Of a stretch of 64,000 bases of DNA, positions 39,043-50,592 are shown piece after piece (the first letter of the stretch is position 1; every line of letters begins with the position of its first letter). This DNA comes from Psammoneis japonica (lineage: Eukaryota): positions 62,001-126,000 of the forward strand of contig QPGO01000109.1 in the NCBI GenBank assembly GCA_008632985.1, written 5' to 3'. Made by a program: the position numbers and the translations under genes. The notes under the pieces are model-generated. The model did not search any database and was not told the DNA's origin. It saw only the letters and a program-made list of their open reading frames with translations.

Positions 39043-39200
39043 TGTGAACATTTCAAACCAGTGCTTGTTCAAATTGTTTTCGTGATTGCAAGTTGTTCTG
39101 CGGGCAAGCGCGATGCGTTTCCTTCCTTCTGAGTTCCGCAAAAAATGGCGCCAAACGTTCAAAATGGGCGCGAAAAAATGTTGACGGCTTCTTGCGTGCG

Positions 39201-39645
39201 TGCAGCATGCATGCAGACAAAAGGTTATTTTGTCACGCCCTTTGTGACATTTAAAGGCTGCAACACGTCGCCGTGATGCATTGGCTCTCATCAGCAGCTG
39301 TGCACTGCACTCCTCCCCATGTGTTGCGCGTCCACACGGCTCTTTACCAACGTGCACTGATGCTGCACGGTTTTGGCGGAACAGTGTGGGTACGTGCGAA
39401 GGAACACACAGAACTGCACAGAGTTTCATGCATTCGACAGTGATCAACGTTGCTGCAGACAACTCCCACTCAGGGTTTCGAACCCCTGGCCTCCTGCCCA
39501 ATGGTTGCGATGAACCACTCCGCTGTGAATTCACAATGCAGCATGCATGCAGACAAAAGGTCATTTTGTCACGCCCTTTGTGACATTTAAAGGCTGCAAC
39601 ACGTCGCCGTGATGCATTGACTCTTGTCAGCGGCTGCATGTTGCA
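39201..39645 (-). mobile_element. TRIM copy 1 (445 bp)
   Basis: 109-bp LTRs at 39201-39309 and 39537-39645, PPT ggggaggag on the minus strand, TSD tgcg/cgcg. Confidence 0.88.
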
Positions 39646-40594
39646 CGCGGTCCTTGAGTCGTCCGAGATTCCGCGGTTGTCGGTTCTCGTTTCCTGTGCA
39701 AAGCAACCAGGGACACACGGCATTTTGTCGCCAATTGCGACATTCCCATGAATGAATTGGACGATTTGTCGTGAAAAACGCCCTTTGAGACAAACCTCAA
39801 TTGACAGGATTTGAGCAGGATTCAGGTGCGTGTGAAATGTTGCGTGCTGTTTAGTTTGCCGCGCAAAGTTTTGTGTGCTTCAGTTCCGCGCGTGCGCGTG
39901 TGATGCAGTTTGCTTTCGAGCCACTCGGCTCACAAGAATGATGACAGCAGCCCAATCACACCAACTTGCACATCTTTCGGCTCCTGTGATGGTCTCTGAG
40001 TGGAGACTCATCTGCTGTTTAGACAGCAGTGAGGAGTCATTGTTTGAATTCTTGCCATTTGCCTTCAATTTCTGTGAGATTGACAGTCTTGCTCATTGTC
40101 AACCCATTGAGCAACCGCCATCGTCGTCGTTGATTTGCCGACGACGCTGTTTCAATTCTGCGCAGACCTCCGTGTGTGTTCTACATGCATCGGCAAGTCC
40201 ACGCGCATTCAATGCCAGGCATCGGCTGGAATTTAACGTCGCCATCAAGTCTCCTTGCCGCTGGATGTCTGGATTGATTGTGCTGCCTTTTGTCGCTGAA
40301 GACATGCATTCAACGGTCACATCCAAGTCCACCCTTGATCTTCATCCCTCAACATGCCCATTCAACGGTTAACGGTCAAGAACCCTGTGCATTGAAAGAT
40401 CTTCGTCGCTGAAGACACACATGTGTGTGTCTTCACGGCCAAGAACTTGAACCCACTCTTTGGACTGCGGCTTTGCTGCCACTCCACAAGCACACCGAGC
40501 CTGTTGCACCTGATCTACCCTGGACTGCTGGTGCTCTGCAGTTCCACTGGGTCCACGAGGACGACTGTGAGAGCAAGCAGCCGTGATTGCAGCC

Positions 40595-40984
40595 GACGCG
40601 TTCCAGGTCCAGGTGGGACCTCGCACTGCTGAACTGTGACATCGACAATTTTTTGAGTCTCGTCGCATGTCGCACACATGGATTTCTACGTGATTTTTTT
40701 GACATTTTGTGTCATTTTACGGTGCACTTGTTGAGCGATCCGTCCAACAACTTTTGACATTTTTTGTTACAGCGCGATTCTTCAATGTCTTAAGAATCGT
40801 GCAGGGCAGGCAAAGTTGCAAAAACATCGAGTGGTGAGAGGCACAATTGCACCACAAACTTGGCCGTTCATTTGATGTTGAAGACAAATGTGTCCATCAA
40901 TTAAATTCTCGTACTGTGGAGCTCGCACGCAGAATTCTGCGGGCCCAATGTCACACGGAGTCCCACCTGGGGCTGGAACGCGTC
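40595..40984 (+). mobile_element. MITE copy 3 (390 bp), inserted in the Copia-derivative leader
   Basis: TIRs as above, TSD AGCC; the homologous empty site is visible at ~3776-3780 in element 1. Confidence 0.93.
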
Positions 40985-41422
40985 AGCCTGCGTTGGGACG
41001 AGGGTGTTTTCCCGCGTTTGTTCATTCGTCCACAGCACCTGGCGCCTGCGTCAACTGGCCAGCCTGATCGGGAAATCCAACCAACACAAAACAAGAACGG
41101 TTCGGGGGTCTTGTCCACCTCTGGTCAGCTTGCCTGCAGGGGTTTGCAACCCGCCACTCTGCTCACAAGCAACCCAAAGCACCGCCAGCTGCGGGTTCGG
41201 ACGTGCCGGCACAACTCTACGGACCGGATGGGAAGTTCAGCACTTGACAATGAATGGGACATCACAGCCCGGTGACTTCTGATTTTAAGATGGGTCAAGA
41301 TTTCAAGTCAAGTCTGGCTCAAGTCAAGTCTTTTTCAAGCCAAGTTGCAAGTCAAAACTCCGAGTCAAGACCGCGCTCTAGATTGGTTCCTGTCTTTTGC
41401 TTCTACTGCACCATCCTCCATC

Positions 41423-43705
41423 ATGGTTCTCACGCGACAGCAACAAACCGAAAGCTTTAAATGCATTCTAGGCACTGTGCTCAATCAAGACGATGACAGC
41501 CCTCTTCGTTCTGCCCTGTCCATCAACGGGATTGAATCGTGTGAGGAATTGTTCACGTTCTCACCCACCCAAATTGATGCCCTCACTTGCAGAGACGGCG
41601 CCAATGCAGTTCCTTTGCCACGGACCTGCAGAAACCTCCTAGCAGCTTTGATCAGCTTTTACTTTGTCAAAGTTTGCAATGGTGATGATGTGACCAATGA
41701 ACCCCAGTTGCTCACACCCGAGGAATTTCGTGACTGCCGCCTTGGTCCGGGCTGCTTGACCTCTCTAGCCACTGGCGCAGCACCCTCCGCACCTGTGCCG
41801 AGTCCCTTGCCATCCAAACCAGGTGAACCCAGTGCCATTTTGACACCAGCCATGCACTGTGCCGCCACTCAGGTGTCCACAAGAAGTGGTGTCAGTCGCG
41901 CCCTGCATGTCTTGACCAACCCGCCTGCAAGCAAACTCGGCCCAGTGCAGGATTGCAGCCCTTGCGCAGGCCCGCACTTCGAAACCAGTTGGGAAACTCC
42001 ACCCATGGCTTCCAAAGCTGCAGCTTTTGCACCCCGCAAACCACGTGCTGCCAACCTCCATGTGTCGACCACTGTCACCCTTCACGACCTTCGTTTGGGA
42101 AGTGATGGAGATGACAACTTGCTTCTTGCATCTCCTGATGGGGAGCCTCCTTTTCCCGTCATTGAATCTGTTCACAACAGTTCAATGGGTTCATCAGATG
42201 GGGAGTTCAGGACATCCAAGCAGCTTCATTGTCTTTGGATCCTCCAAGCATCGCACCACGAGACGAGGCCTCCTGATTGGATGCCCCAAGTCTCGCACCT
42301 TGAGACCAGGCCTCCTGACCGGATGCCCCAAGTCTCGCACCTCGAGACCAGGCCTCCTGACTGGATGCCCCAAGTCTCGCACCTTGAGACCAGGCCTCCT
42401 GATTGGATGCCTCAAGTCTCGTGCCTCAAGACTGGGCCTCCTGGTTGGATCCCCCAAGTCTCACACCTCGAGACCAGGCCTCCTGACTGGATGCTCCAAG
42501 TCTCGTGCCTCGAGACTGGGCCTCCTGATTGGATGCCTCAAGTCTCGTGCCTTGAGACCAGGCCTCCTGACTGGATGCTCCAAGTCTCGTACCTCAAGAC
42601 TGGGCCTCCTGATTGGATGCCTCAAGTCTCGCACCTTGAGACCAGGCCTCCTGATTGGATGCCTCAAGTCTCTTGCCTCGAGACTGGGCCTCCTGGTTGG
42701 ATCCCCCAAGTCTCGTACCTCGAGACTGGGCCTCCTGATTGGATGCCCCAAGTCTCGCACCTTGAGACCAGGTCTCCTGATTGGATGTCCCAAGTCTTGT
42801 GCCTCGAGACCAGGCCTCCTGATTGGATGCCTCAAGTCTCGTGGTCGTGCCTCGAGACTGGGCCTCCTGGTTGGATCCCCCAAGTCCCGCACCTCGAGAC
42901 CAGGCCTCCTGATTGGATGCCCCAAGTCTCGCACCTCGAGACCAGGTCTCCTGATTGGATGTCCCAAGTCTCGTACCTCGAGACCAGGCCTCCTGATTGG
43001 ATGCCTCAAGTCTCGTGCCTCGAGACTGGGCCTCCTGGTTGGATCCCCCAAGTCTCGTACCTCGAGACCAGGCCTCCTGATTGGATGCCCCAAGTCTCGT
43101 ACCTCGAGACCAGGTCTCCTGATTGGATGTCCCAAGTCTCGCACCTTGAGACCAGGCCTCCTGATTGGATGCCTCAAGTCTCGTGCCTCGAGACTGGGCC
43201 TCCTGGTTGGATCCCCCAAGTCTCGTACCTCGAGACCAGGCCTCCTGATCGGATGCCTCAAGTCTCTCACATCAAGACTGGGCCTCCTGATCGGATGCCC
43301 CAAGTCTCGTGCCTTGAGACCAGGCCTCCCAACTGGACTCTCCACGTCTTGTGCCTCGAGACCGGGCCTCCCAATTGGATCCTCCACGTCTCGTACCTCA
43401 AGACTCGGCCTCCGGATTGGATCCCTCAAGTCTTGCACCATGAGACTGGGCCTCCTGATTGGATCCCCCAAGTCTCGCATCTCAAGACTTGGCCTCCTGA
43501 TTGGATCCCCGAAGACTCGTGTCACAAGACTGGCAAGTCCTTTTGGATCCCAGAAGTCTTGCAGCACGGGACTGGTTGCCCCAATCAGACATCTGCAGCC
43601 TTGCACCACAAGATGTCTTGCTCCAATCCGATCCCTGAAGGCTTGCACCTTGAGACTCGTGACTTGTTTCTCCAATTGGGTCAGTCTCTCAGGAGATGCA
43701 GCTGA
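41423..43705 (+). CDS. Gag N-terminus fused in frame to ~30 copies of a 14-aa repeat (ETRPPDWMPQVSxL)
   Basis: MVLTRQQQ start is homologous to 4172. ORF is open, but TpA loss also removes stops, so expression is uncertain. Confidence 0.5.
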   Translation: MVLTRQQQTESFKCILGTVLNQDDDSPLRSALSINGIESCEELFTFSPTQIDALTCRDGANAVPLPRTCRNLLAALISFYFVKVCNGDDVTNEPQLLTPEEFRDCRLGPGCLTSLATGAAPSAPVPSPLPSKPGEPSAILTPAMHCAATQVSTRSGVSRALHVLTNPPASKLGPVQDCSPCAGPHFETSWETPPMASKAAAFAPRKPRAANLHVSTTVTLHDLRLGSDGDDNLLLASPDGEPPFPVIESVHNSSMGSSDGEFRTSKQLHCLWILQASHHETRPPDWMPQVSHLETRPPDRMPQVSHLETRPPDWMPQVSHLETRPPDWMPQVSCLKTGPPGWIPQVSHLETRPPDWMLQVSCLETGPPDWMPQVSCLETRPPDWMLQVSYLKTGPPDWMPQVSHLETRPPDWMPQVSCLETGPPGWIPQVSYLETGPPDWMPQVSHLETRSPDWMSQVLCLETRPPDWMPQVSWSCLETGPPGWIPQVPHLETRPPDWMPQVSHLETRSPDWMSQVSYLETRPPDWMPQVSCLETGPPGWIPQVSYLETRPPDWMPQVSYLETRSPDWMSQVSHLETRPPDWMPQVSCLETGPPGWIPQVSYLETRPPDRMPQVSHIKTGPPDRMPQVSCLETRPPNWTLHVLCLETGPPNWILHVSYLKTRPPDWIPQVLHHETGPPDWIPQVSHLKTWPPDWIPEDSCHKTGKSFWIPEVLQHGTGCPNQTSAALHHKMSCSNPIPEGLHLETRDLFLQLGQSLRRCS
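42260..43520 (+). repeat. 42-bp minisatellite, ~30 copies, with 4-unit higher-order structure
   Basis: Unit gagaccaggcctcctgattggatgccccaagtctcg(tac/cac/tgc)ctc; degenerates towards ~43660. Confidence 0.95.
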
Positions 43706-44595
43706 GCTTGCAATTGGATTGGTGGAACACAAGACCACTGCTTGTGCCTTTGAACTCATGCTTGCTCTGTTCCCCGAGTCGTGCAAATGCCATGCCACCC
43801 TGCACGAGCACTGCTCTGTTTTTCTAGCAGCAGCCCAGTGTGGCAACCATTCCAAGAACCAACAGACGGCTGTCAGTCTTTACGACCTTCGCTCAGGAAG
43901 TGAAGGCGATGTCAACTTGCCTGCATTGTCCTGCGCGATGTTGCCCCGCCGTTCAACATTGTCAACCAGACCAAGCTTTGCTCCTTCCATTGCAAGTGCA
44001 GATGTGGAATCCCACAAGATCCCAAGTGTGCCTTGAGCTTTGAAAAGCACAACAGCATCCACAATTGGGGAGACGCAGCTCATCTCAAGATGACCCACTT
44101 GGAGAATGCAACGTTGCTCCAGGAACTTGATCCTTGCTTGTCTCCTCATGTTTTGGTGCTTTGACTCCAAAGTTCTTTGGTCAATCCAAAGTCGAGTCTG
44201 TTTCTGTGACTCTTCAAGCAAACTGGGGAGTGACAGGATTTGAACAGGATTCAGGTGCGCGCGAAATGTCGCGCACTGTTTGGCTTGCCGTGCACAGTTT
44301 TGTGTGCTTTGGTTCCACGCGTGCGCGATGCAGTTTGCTTTCGAGCCACTCGGCTCACAAGAATGACAACAGCAGCCCGATTGTGCCGACCCACACGTCT
44401 TTCGGCTCCTGCAACAGTCTCCGCTTTCTGTGACTCTTCAAGCAAACTGGGGAGTGACAGGATTTGAACAGGATTTGGGTGTGCACGAAATGTCGCACGC
44501 TGTTTAGTTTGCCGTGCACAGTTTTGTGTGCTTTGGTTCCGCGCGTGCGCACGCGATGCAGTTTGCTTTCGAGCCACTCGGCTCACAAGAACAAT

Positions 44596-45043
44596 TGCAA
44601 CACACAGCTGCCAACAAGAGCCAATGTGTCACGGCGACGTGTTGCAGCCTTTAAATGTCACAAAGGGCGTGACAAAACAACCTTTTGTCTGCATGCATGC
44701 TGCATTGTGAATTCACAGCGGAGTGGTGCTACATCGCAACCACTGGGCAGGAGGCCAGGGGTTCGAAACCCTGAGTGGGAGTTGTCTGCAGCAACGTTGA
44801 TCACTGTCGAACGCGCAAAACTCTGTGCAGTTCTGCATGTTCCTTCGTGCGCACCCACGCTGTTCCACCAAAACCGTGCAGTGTCAGTGCACATCAGCAA
44901 AGAGCCGCATGGACGCGTGATGCATGGGGAGGAGTGCGACACACAGCTGCTGATGAGAGCCAATGTGTCACGGCGACGTGTTGCAGCCTTTAAATGTCAC
45001 AAAGGGCGTGACAAAATAACCTTTTGTCTGCATGCATGCTGCA
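44596..45043 (+). mobile_element. TRIM copy 2 (448 bp), inserted in the 3' LTR of the Copia derivative
   Basis: LTRs 44596-44704 and 44935-45043, PPT ggggaggag, TSD CAAT; the host LTR resumes after it. Confidence 0.9.
44710..44783 (+). promoter_or_regulatory. tRNA-like segment with A and B boxes inside the TRIM
   Basis: A-box-like (c)AGCGGAGTGG at 44716-44726 and B-box GGTTCGAAACC at 44760-44770 within hairpin caggg...ccctg; conserved in all three copies. Confidence 0.65.
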
Positions 45044-45319
45044 CAATGACAGTGGCCCGATCACACCGACTTGCACATCTTTCGGCTCCTGCAAAGGTCT
45101 CTGAGCGGAGACTCGCCTGCCATTTAGACAGCAGTGAGGAGTTGTTGTTTGAATTCTTGCCATTTGCCTTCAATTTCTGTCATCAATCGTTGGCAACAAA
45201 TGAGACAAAATCATCATTTGGTTGGTGGTTGTGCACCCTGAACACAAACGTTGCATCAACTGCAGCGCCATGTGATGAATTTAACTTTCGGTGAGGACTG
45301 CACTTGTCAATTGATGTTT

Positions 45320-48090
45320 TGGCGATTTTGTCGTGTGTGCAACAAATTTTTTGGGATGCGACAAATTTTGTCGGACGTGCGACAAATTTTGTCATTTCCG
45401 ACAAACCCCAACAAACCCCGACAGTGCACGACAAATGCTGACAAGAGCCGACAAACGCCAACAGACGGACGTTTGCGACATGCCGACAACGCAACGCTCC
45501 CCAACATTCAGGGAGTCGCCTCAAAGTTGTTGAAACTACGGCTCGAATTGAGGTGACACATTCTTGCACAGCTTCACAAAATTTTGCAATGTCCGCATTT
45601 CGACACTGTTGGCGAATTGGACTGTGCAAAATTTGGCCCAATGCCAATCAATGGCTGCACTCTGCAAAGGAATGAGCTCATTTCTGCAGCTCTGCAGCTT
45701 TTGACAACAAGAAAGTCATTGCAGCGTTTGTCGCCAAATGACTTTCAACAACTTTTTGTTGAAAGTTGTCAGCTTTCAACACTTTTTTGTTGAAAGTCAT
45801 GACTTTCAACAACTTTTTGTTGAAAGACGCAACTTTCAACAACTTTTTGTTGAAAGACGCAACTTTCAACAACTTCAACAGAAAACTTGTCAGCACGAAA
45901 ATCTGATTTGAAAAGCGACGTCGCCTGAGACAGGTTTGCATGACCGACATTTGTCCATCGTTGGATGCAGCATTCACTGTGGCACTTTGCCGCACTCAGC
46001 AAACTGCAGCGAGCACAATGAAGCAAGCAGACGGTGTCCACTTTGCGGCGTGATGTCTCAACGATGCTTGCACCATTTTCCCCATTTCTTTTTTCATTGT
46101 TGGGAGCAATTGCACAGTGCATCCTTCTGGGTTGTGCAGCGTGCATGCAGACAAAAGGTCATTTTTGTCATGCCCTTTGTGACATTTAAAGGCTGCAACA
46201 CGTCGCCGTGATGCATTGACTCTCATTGGCAGCTGCACATTGCACTCCTCCCCACGCATCACGCGTCCATGCGGCTCTTTGCTGACGTGCACTGACACTG
46301 CACTGTTCCTTGTGGGTGCGCACGAAGGAACACACAGACCTGCACAGAGTTTTGCGCGTTCGACAGTGATCAACGTTGCTGCAGACAACTCCCACTCAGG
46401 GTTTCGAACCCCTGGCCTCCTGCCTGATGGTTGCGATGAACCACTCCGCTGTGAATTCACAGTGCAGCATGCATGCAGACAAAAGGTCATTTTTGTCACA
46501 CCCTTTGTGACATTTAAAGGCTGCAACACGTCACCGTGACACATTGACTCTTGTCAGTGGCTGCACGTTGCAGTTGGCCCCATTGTGTGTCATTGAGAAT
46601 TGTGGATTTCTGTTGTGTTTGAAACCTCGAAGCAACCTCAATTTTTTTTCAATGGCATGCATGAAGTGTGCAGGTTGGTGCCGCTCGATTCTCAGTGGTG
46701 CTGTCACCAACATTCTCACTTCCAAGTCCTTTGTTGATTTCAATGAGATGCGACGTGTTGAGCCATGTCCACACCTTGGTCTGACGGAGTTGCTCGTGAC
46801 TTGGCGCTTTTGTCCGAGGATGAAACCACCTGACATGCAGCATGCTGGGACCCAGACTCGGAATGTCAGATGGGATTGCTGGGCTCAGAGGATGGAGCAG
46901 CCGATGGTTTGGCACTGGGATGATTCTCGCTTGGAGCTGTGGACAGTGCCTGACCACGCACTGGGTGAGATCGGAGGTGGATCACTGCCAGGTGGGAGCT
47001 TTGCTTGGTTCGAAGTGCACTGGACGGCGGCTCACTTGGAGCCATCGAAGGTGCTCCACTGCCAGCAGATTTCAAGAAATTGACAATTCTGAAGCTGCTG
47101 CAGCCGAAAATTCTGAAACTGCCACACTTTGCACTCTGAAACTGCCGCCACAAACTTTGAAACTGCCACCATGAATTGTCAAACTGCTCCCACTAAAAAC
47201 CACCAAACCAGCACTGAGCTGCCAAGCCAACTTCACGCCACGCTTTTGGGCTTTGGCAAGGTGTGCATCGCTCATGCTGTTCTTGTCATGATCTTTGACT
47301 TTTGTGTTGCCCGACTGCAGTGCAACCCCAAAACCAATGTCTCCACATGTGTCGATGTGGTTTTTGTTGAAAGCATGACTTTCAACAGATTTTTGTTGAA
47401 AGATCTAACTTTCAACAGATTTTTGTTGAAAGATCTAACTTTCAACAACTTTTTTGTTGAAAGATCTAACTTTCAACAAGCTTTCAACAACTTTTTGTTG
47501 AAAGTCGGTTGTCCATTGAGTTGTGACCATAAACTCAAGATGCAACATTTGTTGCTGAGTGTTTTCACACAAGGAAAGGGCAACCAAATGTCTTCAACAG
47601 ATGTGTGTTGCAGCGCACAAAAATGTCCATTTCACCAGAGTCGTCAGCGGGAATCAGATGCACCGCGCCTGCACGCACGAGCACGACAGGACAGCTTCGA
47701 CTTTCAACAGATTTGAGGTGACTCCCAGAAGTGCCCAGTTGCATGGACGTGCTGTCTCCACAAGATTTGCCTGCCACTCGCTAGAGCAGAGAGCTGGCTG
47801 CCCACTGACAAAAGGCACAGTGCAGCAACACACACCGGCACATTCCGCTCCACTGTGCAGAAGCGTGCGATGTTGTCCCGGTGTTGACGAGAGCATGGAG
47901 ACCACCAAGAGTGGCATGATTGTCGCTTTGCATCATCATGCAAAAGAGACACAGTGTCAATGGAGACGTCAGCAGTTGGCGTGTGCGGGGGGCGCGGGTG
48001 TTTTGTTCGTGAGTCATCGTCATGTCGTGTCTTGTCGTGTCTTGTCATGTCTTGTTGTGTCTTGTCGCATGCCGACAAATTTTGTCGGAT
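45320..48090. mobile_element. Probable non-autonomous DNA element with CGACAAA motif clusters at both ends and palindromic arrays
   Basis: cgacaaattttgtcg palindromes and cgacaa arrays at ~45320-45490 and ~48020-48088; ctttcaacaactttttgttgaaag arrays at ~45742-45877 and ~47360-47504. Confidence 0.45.
46135..46572 (-). mobile_element. TRIM copy 3 (438 bp)
   Basis: Two ~110-bp LTRs, PPT, perfect TSD GTTG. Confidence 0.9.
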
Positions 48091-50592
48091 GAATTTTCGT
48101 TGATGACATCGATCGCCAAATTCTGTTGATCACCCCACTTGTTGAAATGACATCGCCAAAGTGCAGGTTGGTCACAAATGACATTGATCATTTTGCAACT
48201 TAGCGCCGCATCCACGGATTCACCAGGCAACACCAGGGCATGGCAAAAAGTGTGCATTTGGTCAAAATCAATTGTTGAGTGCAAATGGTGGCATCTTCAG
48301 GGTCCCTTCAGTGAGCCAAACATGCACATTTCTCATCTGACCATCACAGGTCGTCTTGCGGGGGGAGTCAAAATGTCGCAATTCGCGTCTTTTCGCAAAT
48401 CATCAAATCATTTGACCCTTCAACCACCGGACTTGAGCAAATCTCCATGGGTGGAGATTTGCTCGCTTGTGTCACAAACACAGCAAATGAAGCAATTTCA
48501 GATGCATGTGATGTTTTGTTCGCGCAATTTTGTTCTGGAACGCGCATTCGCCAAAAATCTGGAGGCACCCTTTTTGCAATTTAGAAAGTTCAATGTCGCC
48601 TTTTAACACCGGGTTTTTTGCAAGCTGCATCTGTGAACAGAGAGGAGCTAAATCTCAACCTTTGACAATGGAGGTTGTCATGAATCACCATCACAAACAG
48701 AGCAACAACACCGAAACCCTGGGAGCAAATCTCCACCAGTGGAGATTTGCTCCCAACAAGTGAATGTACGTGGTGCACTTTGCGCAGATTGCACACGACA
48801 TGACATTTTCACACTTTGCTCCCCTGGTGGTGAAGGGTTGAGAGGGCGGTCCAGAGATTGCCTGGTGCACTTTTTATGTAGAAACTGCCAGAGAGCCAAT
48901 CACGTGCATTCCTGCACAGACGCACAAAACAGAAAGCATGGCACTCCATCACTCGACCTCATGACGACACCACCTGACGACAACGCATCAAAATGGCGTC
49001 GTCCGCATCTTTCTGCAGCTCCTCTTTCACTCACCCGGTTGCTCCAAAAGGGCCAGGGGAAGCTGGTGGGCTTTCTCTTGTGATGGAGCAATGAAAACAA
49101 AAGTTGTTTTTTGTTCCAAAATCTCAGAATGCAGTGCAACCGATTGTCAAGGCGAACTCGCACGTTGGCGGCAACAACACCAGTCAATGTTCACTCTAGA
49201 ACAACAATGGAGATGTGACACCCCAACAAAATAAAGTCCACACCCCCGTGACAAATTTTAAAGCTAGTTCTTCTTGTTGGCATGCAATCTTCAGCTGCTT
49301 TTTAGACTTGACAAAATGATCATCTGCCCCGGCTGTCACCCTCTAAGTTTGTTGCATTGGCTGACAAATTGGGCAAGTGAGCCACATGTTTCTAGCTTGT
49401 AAACTGCCTTGCAGCCAAAAGAAGCAATCTAAACCTTCAGAACAGCCATGATGCACTGGTCTGCCGAATCAAACTCCGCATCACCAAGTGGAGGCGGGGA
49501 GAGCCATTGTCAAAAATGCACTGTGATGGATCTGAGCTCTTGAGAGCTTGTCCAGCTTTTGACACCATGGCCCCAAATCACCACATTTATTATGAAGTCA
49601 GCCTGATGCTGTGTCTGTGACTTTGCCTCGTTTTGGAATTGCCACGGCCATCGCATTGCAGAGTTTTGACACCCTTGACGAGGAAAAGTGTTTCTGGGAT
49701 GCCTTGCGACGACGGAGACCCTGCAGAACAAAAGAACAATGTAGAAAGAGACAACACATGTAAGCCAAACGGGTGTTAATGTATAAAGCCTCAACGAAAC
49801 ACACAGCACGAATGGTGATGCACAAGGTCGGTCGTGATGCAACAGAAGCGACGCTGTCAACGCGAACCTTCAGTGAGAATTTTCACCATCAGCTGCCCAC
49901 ATGAACCTGTGTGCTCTCGAGCTTGTCACATACCTTATGCTATGACGTAAGATATTCTGTTGAGAGTACACTACAAAGTACCTCAGAAACAACCGTATTT
50001 TTGAAATCGGCGAAACGCCATTGTCTGTGTTATTTTGCGTGTTATTTTGCGTCGCGAGCCAGAAAACACTCCCAAAAACTGTTCTACAGGGCAAAATGTA
50101 CTGAATCTACACAGATTTGGGTTGTACCAGGCCACGTAGAAAATGAACGGGCCGAGAACTGTGGTACGCCCACTTAAGAAAATGTCGCCAAATGCGACAA
50201 AATGCCGTGTGTCCCCAGAACACTGATGACTGATGACGCAACAAACTCCATGAGGAATGAGCGAACGAGAAGGCTGACGCAGCAGACTCCGTGAAAGAGG
50301 AGCGAAGATAGTGTGATGTGTGGTGGATGAAATTGCACGAGCTTCTGCATTCTGTAGTGAGTAGGAGGGATTCGGATCAACGATTCTCATTTCCTGTGCA
50401 AACTCTGTGAAGCATGAGCGAACCAGAACGCTGATTACGCACCAAACTCCGTAAAGCATCAGCAAACGAGAAGGCTGATTTAGCCGACTCCGTGAAGAAT
50501 GAGCGACGAGAAGGCAGGATGTTGACCAAATCGATGAGAATCAAAAGCACCACACGGTCGCACAAAAAACAAAAAGAAACAGCTGCATCAGC

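Larger units (their letters stand above)
35460..39800. mobile_element. Hypermutated repeat tract hosting two MITEs and a TRIM
   Basis: Severe TpA/CpG depletion; host sequence not identifiable. Confidence 0.5.
39802..45182 (+). mobile_element. Non-autonomous Copia derivative related to element 1 (gag N-terminus plus minisatellite, no pol)
   Basis: 5' LTR 39802-40077; 3' LTR 44455-45182 interrupted by a TRIM; extra partial PPT+LTR at 44221-44420; perfect TSD TCAAT. Leader and gag are homologous to element 1. Confidence 0.9.

Noticed and set aside
42260..43520. CRISPR-like array
   Set aside because: Units are contiguous 42-bp tandem repeats with no unique spacers, inside an LTR element, and there are no cas genes.
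42027..44036. 669-aa and antisense 464-aa repeat ORFs as genes
   Set aside because: Alternative frames of a stop-free 42-bp unit; only the gag-linked frame has a homologous start.
44710..44783. Functional tRNA gene
   Set aside because: Acceptor stem does not pair properly and the anticodon arm is too short; kept only as a tRNA-like promoter segment.
45742..47504. Palindromic repeats as CRISPR direct repeats
   Set aside because: Intervening sequences are only ~4-7 bp and partly identical; eukaryotic transposon context.
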